DNA of 64,000 bases, taken from IMG/VR virus record IMGVR_UViG_3300025687_000023, one strand, 5' to 3'. The notes under the pieces are model-generated. The model searched no databases. It had not been told where the DNA came from and worked only from the letters and a program-made list of their open reading frames with translations. Position numbers and translations under genes: made by a program. Shown here one piece after another: positions 18,491 to 29,865 of this stretch. This DNA is from an uncultured virus (IMG/VR IMGVR_UViG_3300025687_000023). Taxonomy: Duplodnaviria > Heunggongvirae > Uroviricota > Caudoviricetes. How positions within the stretch are numbered: position 1 is the first letter of the stretch; each line of letters begins with the position of its first letter.

Positions 18491-21400
18491 ATGGGTGAAT
18501 TTGGTTGGGCATACATTAGTGGAAGCAATTTATCTGTTGCGCAAGGAACAGATGGTTCAGTACAATTAAGAGAAGCTGGTGGTACTGCTTTTAGTGGCTC
18601 CAGTACTCTTGTATTTGACACAGATGCTAATCTAAAAGTAACAGGTTCTATTTTAGTAAAAGGAAATATCTCAGCTTCGGCTGAGATTTCTGCGTCTGCA
18701 TATTGGGGCGATGGGTCAAATCTTACAGGAATTAGTTCTGTTTCAATTGATAATGATGGAGCAAATAGAGTTTTAACAGCTGATGGCGATGGTACCATGT
18801 CAGCAGAATCTAATCTTACATTTGATGGCTCAACAATGATTTTAACAGGAACGCTTAATGTTTCTGGAACAATAAACGCAAATGAATATAATATAAATGT
18901 AACAAATCAAAATGTTATTAATCTCACAGCCACAGGTTCAACAAAATTTGGAGATACTTCAGACGATATTCATGAGTTTACGGGCTCTGTTTCAATTAAT
19001 GGACAACTATCTTCTTCTGTTGAAATTTCTGCTTCGGCTTTTTATGGCGATGGATCAAATTTAACTGGGATTGCTTCAACTTTAGATGATGTAACAACCA
19101 ATGGAAACACTACAACAAATAATATTAGTGTTGGACAAATAACCGGTTCCACTTTAAGTCTAACAGGTTTAACAGCAGGAACAGCAACCACTTCCAGCTT
19201 TCTTGCTTTAGACTCAAGTAATAATATTGTCCTTACGTCGTCTGCTGGTGGTTCTGGTGGCACAATTGGTGCTGCTGAGGATGGAGACTACACTGATGGT
19301 CTTTTTACAGATTTTACTGTTTCTACTCCTGTTGGAATACCAATAGACAGGTTCAATGAAGTTTTGAAAATTCTTGCACCTTCTCCAGCTCCTGCTGTTC
19401 GTTCGATTGACGAAGATGTGACAAATGGAATAACGGCAAAACTGTCGTTTGGAGCAACTTATCCAATAACAAATTATACTTCCTCTGGAACACAGGCCGG
19501 TTTTGATGCAGTTGATCGTTCCGGAAGTTATGCATCAGAAACTTCAGGCTCCAATATAAGACTTGGAATTTATGATGGAACACAAGACATAACAGGTTTT
19601 ATTAATTATGATGTTATTGAGTCTGTCACAAATGGAAACTTAGCCTATTCTAATGATGCTTTTGGAAATGCAAATGAAGGAACCCTTAAACTAGAATTAA
19701 ACGGAACTGTAGTTCATTCTGTTGCTTTATCAGGTCTTACTGGGACTGGTAATCCAAACTCAGGCTCAGCCACTTCATTAACTGGAGATTCTGGATTTAC
19801 AAACATTTCAGTAACAGCATCCTCTTATGATGGCAACGGCTCTGAATGGTACATCTTCAAACATAGAACAGCAAAATACAAAATTGATGCAAATGATCAA
19901 AAAGTTGGATGGAATTATCTTAGAGTTATCCATTCGCTTACCTCTGATAATTCAACCAACTATATTGAATGGATAAATGATCCATCGGGTGCTGTTGATG
20001 ATTTATCAGTCTCAAATGCAAGAATTGAAGACGTTACCTTAAATGGTTCAAAGTATTTGTCAGGTGTTCAATATAACACAAGCGTAACAGCAAGTTACAA
20101 AGTTGATATTAACAATCTTTATAGAAACGTTTATCAAGCATCCGGTACACCAATCTCGTTTACAACAACAGCAAATGCAACAAATCCTTCAGCTCAAGGT
20201 GTTGAGGACATTGGAATTTCTGAGGACAACACAAAGATTTTAGGTGTTACTGCTTCGTTTACTGGAAGTGATGCTACTTTGTTTGATGATACAATGTCAT
20301 GCAATGTTACAGTGACACATCCACTAAAAGCGACTATTACAAACACAGGCTCGGTCGATGTTACTGGTTTTCTTATTGAGACAAGAGATACAGCTAGTAC
20401 AAACACAATTGAGTATTTTAATAGAGAAAACTTTAGAAAAACTTCTGGTTCTTATGACACACAAGCCTCTACTACAGCTTCCGCAGCAACCTGGAATTCA
20501 CAGACACATATGACGGGAACTAATGTGGATGGACATCAAGATGGATTATTGTTTTTCAACAAACGTCTTTATAGCCCTGTTGATGCTGATATTCCAAATG
20601 GTGGTGACTTTGACACGATGTTGAATGTAGAATCAGGACAGCCTGATTACATAAATGACACACCTCTAGGAACAAGAACGTTTTACAGAATTCTTTCTAA
20701 CTCCTCTGGTGCTGAACTTTACAATTTTAAAATTGAATCCACCTTAAACGGAACAACTTATAGTAATTCTTCTCTAGACACTTCAAATGTCCACTTCTTT
20801 GTAAAGAATCCAGGAACAACTGGATGGATGGATATATCACAAAACTTTGTTTATGGAAATATACAAGACGGTGATGGAGCAAAGATAGCAGCTGCTAGCG
20901 ACTCTGATACGCATGTTGTTTCATTTGGAACTGCTTCTGTTGCCAATGGCGATAGAATGATGTTAAAAATTGTAGCAGATGAAACTTGGGGCGGTTATAT
21001 AAGTCAACTTCAATTTACTCTTCCTGCTAATCAATCACAAGCAACACCACAAGTTTTAAGTGATATTAATAACGGAGCTAATGGTGATGATGCAAAACTA
21101 TCTTTTGGAACATCAAATACTGTAGCTGATTATAGTAACGCAACGGCTTCATCTATTTCTTTAAGCGATCTTGATGTTAATGCCTTATATGCTGACTTGG
21201 GCTCTTCAAACAATAGAAGAGGGGTTTTTTCCTCCTTTCCAACAGTAACTGGTATCTTGAATGATGCAATAGGCGGAGGTTCTGGATATCCTGCTGATGC
21301 TTTCTTTAATGGATACTCTGGTTCTTTAGTACTAAAAGTAAATGGTATTGAAGTGCATGAGGTTTCTCTAACTGGAACTCTTAATGCTATTTCGAATGAT

Positions 21401-22789
21401 TTTAATGGCAACTCATCTGGTTTTGATTTGTCTGCTGTTAATTATAGCACTCTTTCAAGTATTCCTGATTACAATAAACCTTACAGAACAGGGACATTCC
21501 AAATTGGCTCTGGTGATCAAAATAATGGCTGGAATTATGCACAAGTAATTCATAGAACCTCTGGAGATCAACAAACTAATTTTATTGAATGGGTTGTAGA
21601 TCCTTCAGGTGCTGTTGATGATACAGCAGTGTCCACACCTGTGTTGTCAAATTTTGACCACTCGGATGTTTATTATCAATCAGGTATTGGGTATTTTGCT
21701 TCTAGACCTTCTGCTAGTTTTGAATTTACAGCATCTAATTTTTATAGAAATGTGTATCAAAATGGAACTGCTATTACATTTCCAACAACAACTAATTGCT
21801 CTATTTCAAATATAAGAATAACCGGCTCAGGTATAACAACTTTTAATTCTGCTGTTTCTTCTTGTAACATGCCTTTGTTAAATAGTTCTAGTAACTGTCA
21901 CCTGACAGATATTGAAATAACCGGAACTGTTTTATTTGATAGTTTAACATCTATATCTGGAGCTTATGGTACAAACAGTTTCACACATTACGATGTAACA
22001 GTTGACAGTCAAGTCTTACATCCATTTAAATCGAATAGAACTACCTCTCAAGCTTCTAAAACTAGTTTCATGGTTTATTCTGGTTCCAATGGAAGCACAA
22101 CACTAGCGGATCAAGAATATTTTAACACGGAAACTTACAGAATAGTTTCTGGAAATTACGCAACACAAGCAGCAGTTACCAGTTCTTCAAACGCTTGGAA
22201 TTCACAAAGATCTATGAATGACGGTGTATCATATCCTGAATACAATGATGGTATGGTAACTGTTAATGGTTATCTAATTCCTCCTTTTAGTATCGGTAAT
22301 CTTGGTGATACAAGAAATGTATCTGATGGAGGAAATTTACAAGCTCCTTCAGGTAATCCGGATTATTCTACATCTGAACTATCTGAATCCGTTAGAACAT
22401 ATTATAGATATTTTAGAAATACTGGTGTAACAACAGTTCAAAATTTCAACATCTATGTTGAAGGAGATGCCTCAATTGTAGCTAAACAAGGATCTGTGCA
22501 CTACGGAGCATTAGGAGCAAACAATAGAATAAATATAGAGATGAAAGTCCCAGGTCAAACAGCTTGGGGTGATGTAGCTATCCCACAAGGTGGTGTAGAT
22601 CCAACTTCTGATGGTGATGGAATCTTTAATGGTGGAAACGGAAACTTAGACCAAGATGCTTCAAATGGCTCAAATATAGCTATCACTCTTGGAACCCTAT
22701 ATTGGGATACTAATGACTATATAGTGTTAAAGATTTCTGCTCATAAAGATTGGACAGGGTACTTGACTGAAGTAACGGCTTCGTATTAG
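18491..22789 (+). CDS. Large Ser/Thr/Gly-rich virion protein (fibre/decoration-like) with internal ~550-aa duplication
   Basis: Fibre-type N-terminal repeats (ISASAFYGDGSNLTG); two copies of AKLSFG...GWNY...EW..DPSGAVDD. Confidence 0.7.
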   Translation: MGEFGWAYISGSNLSVAQGTDGSVQLREAGGTAFSGSSTLVFDTDANLKVTGSILVKGNISASAEISASAYWGDGSNLTGISSVSIDNDGANRVLTADGDGTMSAESNLTFDGSTMILTGTLNVSGTINANEYNINVTNQNVINLTATGSTKFGDTSDDIHEFTGSVSINGQLSSSVEISASAFYGDGSNLTGIASTLDDVTTNGNTTTNNISVGQITGSTLSLTGLTAGTATTSSFLALDSSNNIVLTSSAGGSGGTIGAAEDGDYTDGLFTDFTVSTPVGIPIDRFNEVLKILAPSPAPAVRSIDEDVTNGITAKLSFGATYPITNYTSSGTQAGFDAVDRSGSYASETSGSNIRLGIYDGTQDITGFINYDVIESVTNGNLAYSNDAFGNANEGTLKLELNGTVVHSVALSGLTGTGNPNSGSATSLTGDSGFTNISVTASSYDGNGSEWYIFKHRTAKYKIDANDQKVGWNYLRVIHSLTSDNSTNYIEWINDPSGAVDDLSVSNARIEDVTLNGSKYLSGVQYNTSVTASYKVDINNLYRNVYQASGTPISFTTTANATNPSAQGVEDIGISEDNTKILGVTASFTGSDATLFDDTMSCNVTVTHPLKATITNTGSVDVTGFLIETRDTASTNTIEYFNRENFRKTSGSYDTQASTTASAATWNSQTHMTGTNVDGHQDGLLFFNKRLYSPVDADIPNGGDFDTMLNVESGQPDYINDTPLGTRTFYRILSNSSGAELYNFKIESTLNGTTYSNSSLDTSNVHFFVKNPGTTGWMDISQNFVYGNIQDGDGAKIAAASDSDTHVVSFGTASVANGDRMMLKIVADETWGGYISQLQFTLPANQSQATPQVLSDINNGANGDDAKLSFGTSNTVADYSNATASSISLSDLDVNALYADLGSSNNRRGVFSSFPTVTGILNDAIGGGSGYPADAFFNGYSGSLVLKVNGIEVHEVSLTGTLNAISNDFNGNSSGFDLSAVNYSTLSSIPDYNKPYRTGTFQIGSGDQNNGWNYAQVIHRTSGDQQTNFIEWVVDPSGAVDDTAVSTPVLSNFDHSDVYYQSGIGYFASRPSASFEFTASNFYRNVYQNGTAITFPTTTNCSISNIRITGSGITTFNSAVSSCNMPLLNSSSNCHLTDIEITGTVLFDSLTSISGAYGTNSFTHYDVTVDSQVLHPFKSNRTTSQASKTSFMVYSGSNGSTTLADQEYFNTETYRIVSGNYATQAAVTSSSNAWNSQRSMNDGVSYPEYNDGMVTVNGYLIPPFSIGNLGDTRNVSDGGNLQAPSGNPDYSTSELSESVRTYYRYFRNTGVTTVQNFNIYVEGDASIVAKQGSVHYGALGANNRINIEMKVPGQTAWGDVAIPQGGVDPTSDGDGIFNGGNGNLDQDASNGSNIAITLGTLYWDTNDYIVLKISAHKDWTGYLTEVTASY

Positions 22790-22797
22790 GATTAATA

Positions 22798-24612
22798 ATG
22801 ACTACAAGAAAGACTAACGCATCATTAACAAACTTAGCAGCCAAGAAACTTCTTGGTAAGGCACACACATCTAACTTAAAGGATATTTCAAATGAACCAT
22901 ATCCTTCGAATGTCTCTGTAGTTGGTGGTGGTGTTTTTTCAGAGGCAATACCTAGCTCTCCCGGTAGTGATTTCTATACAGTTTATTCTGCATCTTCCGG
23001 AGATCCCGGAACAGTTGAGAAAGTTTACTTTAAAGTTGTAGCTGATAATACAACGAGATATGATGCAGATTCTGAGTCTAACGGTGGTTCTGGAGATGAA
23101 AGTTCGGTTTATGGTCCTCATGGTTATTATTTACAACTAGCCTCTGATTATGAAGCTAGCTCTTCCAACCCTCTAACTGGGTCTGGTGTTTTTGTAGATG
23201 ATTCTGTTATTTACAGTTCCAGAGGAGCTTTGCAAATAGTACCTCCGTTTGTTTCTACAGATAATCCCAACCCTTATCAATTGAAGCTATATAATGCAAG
23301 TGATCAAGAAATTTCATTTACTGACAATATTGACTGGACTGTAGATTATTATGCTGGTACTATCTTTATTCAAGACTATGTGGAATCTGCCGGAGGAATT
23401 AGTAAAGTTCCTGTATCTGCTTCGGGTTATATTTATGTTGGAAAATATCTAGATGAAAAAATTTCTGACTTGTCATCTTCAATTGGCTCTGGTGGTGGAA
23501 CTATAACTGCTTTGAACAATCAGGCAGAAAATAGACTCGTAACAATTGGTTCAACAACAACAGAGCTAGACGGTGAAGCAAACCTTACATTTGATGGCTC
23601 AGAATTAATACTAACTGGTTCTTCTATTTTTAATGGCTCTCTGACCTCATCTAACATAGTTCCATTAGCAAATGAACAATATGATCTTGGACAAGTTGAA
23701 TTAAGATATGAGAACCTTTATGCAAAGTTCCTAGATGGTGGACTTATGTTCACAGCTATAAACGATGAAGGAGCAACAATTACCAGAGGACAAGCTGTTT
23801 ACGTAAAAGGCATCTCTGGTCAAACTCCTACAATAGCTCTTGCTGCTGCTGATGATGCTTCAAAAATGCCAGCTATGGGTTTAGTTGCTGATGGTACTTC
23901 TAACGATGGTAATGAAGTACGAATAGTTACTCTTGGAAGACTTAATGGATTTGATACCTCGATGTTTTCCGCTGGTGATACTTTGTATGTTCAAACAGGA
24001 TCTGGTGGAGTTTCTGGTAGTCTAACTAATTCACCACCTACTGGTTCAGGTGCCTTGATACAAAACATCGCAAGAGTTCTTAAATCAGATAATTCAGGAC
24101 AAGTAAGGGTTGGTGGAGCTGGGAGAACAAATGCTACTCCTAATCTAGACAAAGGACACATTTTTATAGGTAATGATTCTGATCAAGCAGTTCAAGATAA
24201 TACAGTCTTTATTTCTTCTTCTGTAAACAAGGTAGGTATTAACACCACAGTTCCTACACACACATTAACAGTTAATGGTACTGTATCCGCTTCAGCATAT
24301 GTAGGAATTGAGACAGGTATCTCCTACTCAAGAACCCAAGTTACCACAACAATCACAGCATCTGTTTCTTCAACTATCTTAGGAGTCACAGCTTCTTCTG
24401 CTGTTGAAATAAGATTACCTTCTGCTGGAGATTATGAAGCCGGGCAATATTTTACTGTAAAAGACGAATCAGGATTGGCCAACACAAACAACATAACCAT
24501 TCTTGCCTCTGGTTCTCAAACCATTGACGGGCAAGCCTCAATTGTTCTTGAGTCTCCATACGCCGCCGTAAATCTCTATTCAAACGGCACCGATAAATTC
24601 TTTATTTACTAG
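22798..24612 (+). CDS. Virion fibre/decoration-like protein
   Basis: EANLTFDG repeat shared with the upstream gene; C-terminal TIDG...LESPY domain. Confidence 0.65.
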   Translation: MTTRKTNASLTNLAAKKLLGKAHTSNLKDISNEPYPSNVSVVGGGVFSEAIPSSPGSDFYTVYSASSGDPGTVEKVYFKVVADNTTRYDADSESNGGSGDESSVYGPHGYYLQLASDYEASSSNPLTGSGVFVDDSVIYSSRGALQIVPPFVSTDNPNPYQLKLYNASDQEISFTDNIDWTVDYYAGTIFIQDYVESAGGISKVPVSASGYIYVGKYLDEKISDLSSSIGSGGGTITALNNQAENRLVTIGSTTTELDGEANLTFDGSELILTGSSIFNGSLTSSNIVPLANEQYDLGQVELRYENLYAKFLDGGLMFTAINDEGATITRGQAVYVKGISGQTPTIALAAADDASKMPAMGLVADGTSNDGNEVRIVTLGRLNGFDTSMFSAGDTLYVQTGSGGVSGSLTNSPPTGSGALIQNIARVLKSDNSGQVRVGGAGRTNATPNLDKGHIFIGNDSDQAVQDNTVFISSSVNKVGINTTVPTHTLTVNGTVSASAYVGIETGISYSRTQVTTTITASVSSTILGVTASSAVEIRLPSAGDYEAGQYFTVKDESGLANTNNITILASGSQTIDGQASIVLESPYAAVNLYSNGTDKFFIY

Positions 24613-24709
24613 AAAGATTTTTGGTCGTTTAGAAAACTAGTTTCTATTTAACACCTAGGGCGCTTTGTGCGCTCTATTTTATAACATATTTTCTATGGAG
24701 GATTATAAT

Positions 24710-25825
24710 ATGGCTTATAAATTTCAATTGGGGGCTGCTATCTTAAGTGGTTCTCTCACTCAAGAAGGTCAAGTTCTTGCTAAAGATTCTGCGCTTTCTG
24801 GTTCTTCTTTGTCTATTGCTGGAACTGCTGTTACAGCTACTGCTGCTGAACTTAACATTCTTGATGGTGTTACAGCTACTGCTGCTGAAATTAACATTCT
24901 TGATGGTGTTACTGCCACAGCTGCTGAATTAAACTATCTTGATGGTGCTGATTCAAACATCAATAGCTTAGTTCTTCCTGCTTCAACAACCATTTCTAGT
25001 TATGCTTCTTCTTTTATTCTTAACAATGCTAATGAAACTGCATTCAAAGTTGCTGTGGGCTTGGAAATCGGTGTTGACGTTCAAGCTTATGACGCTCAAC
25101 TAAATACTTTATCTGGTATGACTTCTGAAGCTGCAACTGCATTGGCTGTACTTTCAGCTACAGAAATAGCATTACTTGATGGTGCTACTGATGCTAACAA
25201 TGTAGCTTCAAAAGCTGTTATTTTAGACGGTGCAGGAAACTTAACAATTTCTGGTTCTTTAACCGTAAATGGAACAACTACAACAATTTCTACAACTAAT
25301 CTAGAAGTTGAAGATGCTACCATTCTTTTAGCTAGTGGTTCGAGTGCTTCTGGTGTTGGTGCTGATGGTTATGGTTTCACAATTGGAAGCACAAATGCTG
25401 TCACTCTTCAATTAAAAGATGGTGCTTCTACTCAAAAGCTAGGCTCTTCTGTTCCTCTTTCAGCTTCTGCTTTCTATGGTAATGGTGCTAATTTAACCGG
25501 GGTTGTTGCTAGTAGTACTAATGGTTTCAGTGTAAACGCTTACAACACAGGCTCTTCTGCTCAAGATATGAATGCTAATACAGGTCTTTGGTATCCAAAT
25601 TCAGAAACCTTGGAATCTAGTAATCCTATTTCTTTACACCTTTCAGGTGCTTGGTCTAATGGTGATATTGTAATTGTTAAGGCTCCTGCAAATGCAGACC
25701 AAAACAATTTGACCATTTTTGCTTCTGGTGGCGACATTATCGACGGTGATAGCTCAATTGTATTGGAATCGCCTTTCGCTGCTGTTTCTTTGATTTATGC
25801 AGAGAATACTTGGTACATCTTCTAA
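24710..25825 (+). CDS. Fibre-like virion protein
   Basis: GGAGG RBS; VTATAAELNILDG repeats; C-terminal domain similar to the previous gene. Confidence 0.7.
   Translation: MAYKFQLGAAILSGSLTQEGQVLAKDSALSGSSLSIAGTAVTATAAELNILDGVTATAAEINILDGVTATAAELNYLDGADSNINSLVLPASTTISSYASSFILNNANETAFKVAVGLEIGVDVQAYDAQLNTLSGMTSEAATALAVLSATEIALLDGATDANNVASKAVILDGAGNLTISGSLTVNGTTTTISTTNLEVEDATILLASGSSASGVGADGYGFTIGSTNAVTLQLKDGASTQKLGSSVPLSASAFYGNGANLTGVVASSTNGFSVNAYNTGSSAQDMNANTGLWYPNSETLESSNPISLHLSGAWSNGDIVIVKAPANADQNNLTIFASGGDIIDGDSSIVLESPFAAVSLIYAENTWYIF
24830..24946 (+). repeat. 3 x 39-bp tandem repeat encoding VTATAAE[L/I]N[I/Y]LDG
   Basis: Direct inspection. Confidence 0.9.
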
Positions 25826-25871
25826 TTTAGATTACTGATAAAAAAAGATTATTATCTTTGCTCTCAAAAAG

Positions 25872-25898
25872 AAGGTCGGGCTTTTGCTCGGCCTTTTT
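25872..25898 (+). terminator. Intrinsic terminator followed by late motif CTATTTA (25899)
   Basis: AAGGTCGGGC-TTTT-GCTCGGCCTT plus T-run. Confidence 0.75.
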
Positions 25899-25922
25899 CT
25901 ATTTATTGAAAAGGAGAATTAT

Positions 25923-26927
25923 ATGTCATTTAAATATTCAAAAGGATCTCAAGTTATTGGAGATTTAAAAGCAGCGGACGATGCCGAGAGAAACACTATA
26001 ATTGATTTTGGCGAGGATCAGATTGATCTTCAAACAGGTGGTTTAACAAGAGCACAAATAAACAACACTGGTGTTGATATAACAGGTGATTTAACAACCA
26101 CAGGAGATATTACTTGCGATGGTGTTTTAAATATTACAGCAAATGACAATGGTGATTCAACAGCTATTTCCATTACTGCTGCTAACAATGATGTTGTTGC
26201 AATGAGATTTGGCAACACCACAAACACTTTTGGTTTTAACTTAATTTATTCAGGTTCCGGAACAGGAAATGATAATGACTTTATTTTATCAACAGATGGA
26301 CAAGGCGGACCTCCTATTGAAGTTTTAAGAACTAAACAAGATGGAACATCAAGATTTCAAAATCAAGTAATTGTCTCATCCTCATTGGAAACCACTTTAC
26401 ATGTTAGCGGAGCAGCAACAGTTGATAGCGATCTTAGGGTTAATTCAAATATTTATGATTATCAAAATAAAAGCTTTATTAAAAACATAAATTATGGTGG
26501 ATTTTTAAATTCTAATGCAAACACTTCCGCTGTTTATTTACCTGAAGATTCTCTCACTGAACCTATTTCCGCTCAATATTACACCACTTTTGTTGCTCCA
26601 TTTAGCGGAAGTGTTGATAAAATAGTTCTTAGAAGTTCTTACACTGGTGGTAGTCTCGCAGATCTTGGAGATTTAACTATAACTGTAAGAATTGGATACG
26701 AAGGAACAGATGCTTATGATTTAGACAATTATCCAGATTCAACAGAAAGTGTGACTGTTTTAAGCGGCAATCTAGCACATCACACAAATGCAACATTTGA
26801 ATTTTCTGCTTCTAATTTTACACCACAAGACATTTATGCGATTAGTATAACACCAACAAATAACTGGAACAACAATGGAAACAAATATATATCTTACACC
26901 ATTGTATCCTCTTATATTTTAGATTAA
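25923..26927 (+). CDS. Fibre/receptor-binding-like virion protein
   Basis: AAGGAG RBS; beta-rich T/G/N composition; lies in the fibre cluster. Confidence 0.6.
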   Translation: MSFKYSKGSQVIGDLKAADDAERNTIIDFGEDQIDLQTGGLTRAQINNTGVDITGDLTTTGDITCDGVLNITANDNGDSTAISITAANNDVVAMRFGNTTNTFGFNLIYSGSGTGNDNDFILSTDGQGGPPIEVLRTKQDGTSRFQNQVIVSSSLETTLHVSGAATVDSDLRVNSNIYDYQNKSFIKNINYGGFLNSNANTSAVYLPEDSLTEPISAQYYTTFVAPFSGSVDKIVLRSSYTGGSLADLGDLTITVRIGYEGTDAYDLDNYPDSTESVTVLSGNLAHHTNATFEFSASNFTPQDIYAISITPTNNWNNNGNKYISYTIVSSYILD

Positions 26928-26991
26928 TGTCTTTTCTTAATCACCAAACTATTTATTGTGATAAACGTTTATTAAAAATAGGAGAGTGTAG

Positions 26992-28029
26992 ATGTCATCT
27001 ATGTTAGAACAAGCTATTGTTGATGCAAAGGCTTTAAAAGAAGCCGCTCTAAAAAACGCAGAGCAGGCGGTAATCGACAAATATTCATCAGAAATTAAAG
27101 CTGCTGTTGAAGAACTTTTAGAAGGAAATACTTCTCAGCAAACAATTAAAGAAGAAATGGATATTCCATTCGCCTCCGATCCTTCTCTTGCTGATGATGA
27201 ACCAGTTGAGATGGAAATGGAATTTGAATTTAATCCAGAAGATTTTCGTCTTGATTTGGAATCAATCAAACAACAAGCAGAAAAAGACCCAACAAGCGGC
27301 GGAGAACAGCCACAGGACACCGAATCTCTTGCGGCAGACATTGGTGCCGAGCCAGCAGCCGAACAGCCTCCAGCAGAAGATATGGGCGATTTAGGAGGTC
27401 TTTTACAAGAAGGTGAAGACGAAGAAAATGATTTATTAAATGAACTAATTTCTATGCTTGAAGATGAAGAAGAATTGTTGGATGAATCTCTTGTTGTTGA
27501 TATGGAAGAGGTCAAGCATGGCCATTTTGTTACAGATAATGGTTCAAGAAAATATGATGCCGAGAAAGAATTGGCGCATCAACAATCCACAAAATATAAA
27601 GAAAAAGCAAAAGAATTAGAAAAACAGGTCGGAGAATTACAAAACTCTGTTCTCATGTATCAAGATAAACAAGATCAATTAAGAACTGTTCTTGATGACA
27701 TGAAAGGTAAGTTAGAAGAAATGGTTTTACAAAATGCTAGATTATTATATAGCAATAAAGTTTTACGCGATGCCTCCTTGAATGAGCGACAAAAAGATAA
27801 AATTGTTGAAGCCATCGCTAAGGCAGAGACTTTGAAAGAAGCAAAAACTCTTTATCAAACTCTTAAAGAAACTACAGTGGGATCAAAACAAAAAGGTCCA
27901 AAATCACTTAGTGAGTCTGTTCAAAGAAAACAAGTTCTTTCTGCACATCTGCCAAGACGCAAGCAAGAAAACATTACTGAGTCGCATGATTTTGCTTCTC
28001 GAATGAGAAAACTTGCTGGCATAGACTAA
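26992..28029 (+). CDS. Prohead core scaffold protein (gp22-like)
   Basis: Acidic coiled coil directly upstream of MCP; many LxE sites; C-terminal RMRKLAGI. Confidence 0.8.
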   Translation: MSSMLEQAIVDAKALKEAALKNAEQAVIDKYSSEIKAAVEELLEGNTSQQTIKEEMDIPFASDPSLADDEPVEMEMEFEFNPEDFRLDLESIKQQAEKDPTSGGEQPQDTESLAADIGAEPAAEQPPAEDMGDLGGLLQEGEDEENDLLNELISMLEDEEELLDESLVVDMEEVKHGHFVTDNGSRKYDAEKELAHQQSTKYKEKAKELEKQVGELQNSVLMYQDKQDQLRTVLDDMKGKLEEMVLQNARLLYSNKVLRDASLNERQKDKIVEAIAKAETLKEAKTLYQTLKETTVGSKQKGPKSLSESVQRKQVLSAHLPRRKQENITESHDFASRMRKLAGID

Positions 28030-28046
28030 TTTAAAGGAGAAATAAA

Positions 28047-29798
28047 ATGTCTATAATTCAAACATTAAGTGAAGGCATTGTTAATCGTGATTTGAAAAAA
28101 GAAGGTCAAGCTCTACTTTCTAAGTGGTCAGCTACCGGTCTTTTGGAAGGTCTAGACACCGAACAAGCACGTCATAACATGGCACGTCTTCTCGAAAATC
28201 AAGCGAAGGAACTTCTTCGCGAATCTAACGCAATGTCAAATGGTCAAGTTGAAGGTTTTGCTTCAGTTGCATTCCCAATTGTTCGTCGCGTTTTTGCTGG
28301 ATTGATCGCAAACGATCTTGTTTCCGTTCAACCAATGTCTCTTCCAAGTGGATTGATCTTCTTCTTGGATTTTGTTTATTCACCAAGAATTGGTGATGAT
28401 TCTGTTACCGCTAGCGGTACAGCTGATCCTCGTTTTGGTAATGCAGTATCTAAATCGATTTATGGTACAGATCAAGTTGGTTCACAAGTAACTGGTGGTG
28501 TTGATCTCGTAGGAAGTCTTGGAGAAAACCTTTCTGGTCCTAGACAAATGGTAGGTTATTCCTATGCTTCTCCTCTTAAAAAAGCTAATATTGCTGGTAC
28601 TGGTCATGAAACCAGTTTTGGAATTATTTCTGCTTTGACAGAAGCTCAAAAGAAAGAAATTAAATATGATCCAGATATTCTAGCTGAAACTTCTTCCTAT
28701 ATTTTAAAATTAGCTATTCCTAAAAGTGACTTTAGTAATGCAGATTTTAAAAATCTGGCAGCCTTTAACATTTCAGGTTCTTCTTTGGCTAATTCTGATG
28801 GTGGTGGCACAGCTGTTAATGATAATGACACTAAGTTAATTCGTCGATTGACTTCTGATGATGGAACTAACATTAACTTTTTCTTTGTTGGTCCTGCTGC
28901 TTTGGCTGGAGTTGATCCGGATGGTAATGTTAGAATCGATCATCCAGAAAAAGATGAGCTTACTTCAACTGCTGATAAGCTTGGCGCTATTGATGGATTT
29001 AACTTCCCATTTGAAGGAAGCGGTGAATTGCCAGAAATCGACATCAAAGTTGATTCAATCGCGATTACAGCTCAAACCAAAAAGCTTAAAGCTAAATGGA
29101 CACCTGAGTTGGGTCAAGACTTGAATGCATACCACAACTTGGATGCCGAGGTAGAACTTACATCGATTCTTTCAGAACAAATTGCTTTGGAAATCGACCG
29201 TGAACTTCTTGCGGATCTTGTAAATGGTGCTACTGCTGCAACATATTACTGGTCTCGTTCACCTGGTCTTTTCGTTAATCGTTCAACTGGTGCTGAGCTT
29301 GGTGCTACATCTGCTGCTCCTGACTTCACAGGAACTGTTTCAGAATGGTACGAAACTCTTATCGAAACCATCAATGACGTTTCTGCACAAATCCACTTGA
29401 AAACACTTCGTGGTGGAGCTAACTACATCGTTTGTGGTCCTGAAGTTGCTAACATTCTTGAGTTCACCTCTGGATTCCGCGCTAATGTAACTGCTGATGC
29501 TGACAAAGGTCAAATCGGTGCTGTTAAAGCTGGTTCTCTTTCTCGTAAGTTTGACGTAATCGTTGACCCTTACTTCCCAAGAAATGCTATTCTTGTTGGA
29601 CGTAAAGGTGGCTCATTCCTTGAGTCTGGATACGTTTATGCTCCTTACGTTCCACTACAAACAACACCTACAATCTTCGGTGTCGAAGACTTTGTGCCAC
29701 GTAAAGGCGTAATGACTCGATACGGTAAGAAGATGGTTCGTCCTGATATGTACGGTCTTGTTATCGTTCGTGGTCTTCTTGGAGAGGAAGGTTCTTAA
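28047..29798 (+). CDS. gp23: Major capsid protein (T4 gp23-like)
   Basis: LLENQ, VSVQPM..PSGLIF, KLKAKWTPELGQDL.AYH.LDAE.EL, YAPYVPL, PRKGVMTRY. Confidence 0.97.
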   Translation: MSIIQTLSEGIVNRDLKKEGQALLSKWSATGLLEGLDTEQARHNMARLLENQAKELLRESNAMSNGQVEGFASVAFPIVRRVFAGLIANDLVSVQPMSLPSGLIFFLDFVYSPRIGDDSVTASGTADPRFGNAVSKSIYGTDQVGSQVTGGVDLVGSLGENLSGPRQMVGYSYASPLKKANIAGTGHETSFGIISALTEAQKKEIKYDPDILAETSSYILKLAIPKSDFSNADFKNLAAFNISGSSLANSDGGGTAVNDNDTKLIRRLTSDDGTNINFFFVGPAALAGVDPDGNVRIDHPEKDELTSTADKLGAIDGFNFPFEGSGELPEIDIKVDSIAITAQTKKLKAKWTPELGQDLNAYHNLDAEVELTSILSEQIALEIDRELLADLVNGATAATYYWSRSPGLFVNRSTGAELGATSAAPDFTGTVSEWYETLIETINDVSAQIHLKTLRGGANYIVCGPEVANILEFTSGFRANVTADADKGQIGAVKAGSLSRKFDVIVDPYFPRNAILVGRKGGSFLESGYVYAPYVPLQTTPTIFGVEDFVPRKGVMTRYGKKMVRPDMYGLVIVRGLLGEEGS

Positions 29799-29831
29799 TC
29801 TTAGATTCTGAATCTAGCTTTTCAAAAAATT

Positions 29832-29865
29832 CCCTCAAACTTTGGTTTGGGGGTTTTTTCTTTTT
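29832..29865 (+). terminator. Intrinsic terminator after MCP
   Basis: CCCTCAAAC-TTTG-GTTTGGGGG plus T-tract. Confidence 0.8.
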
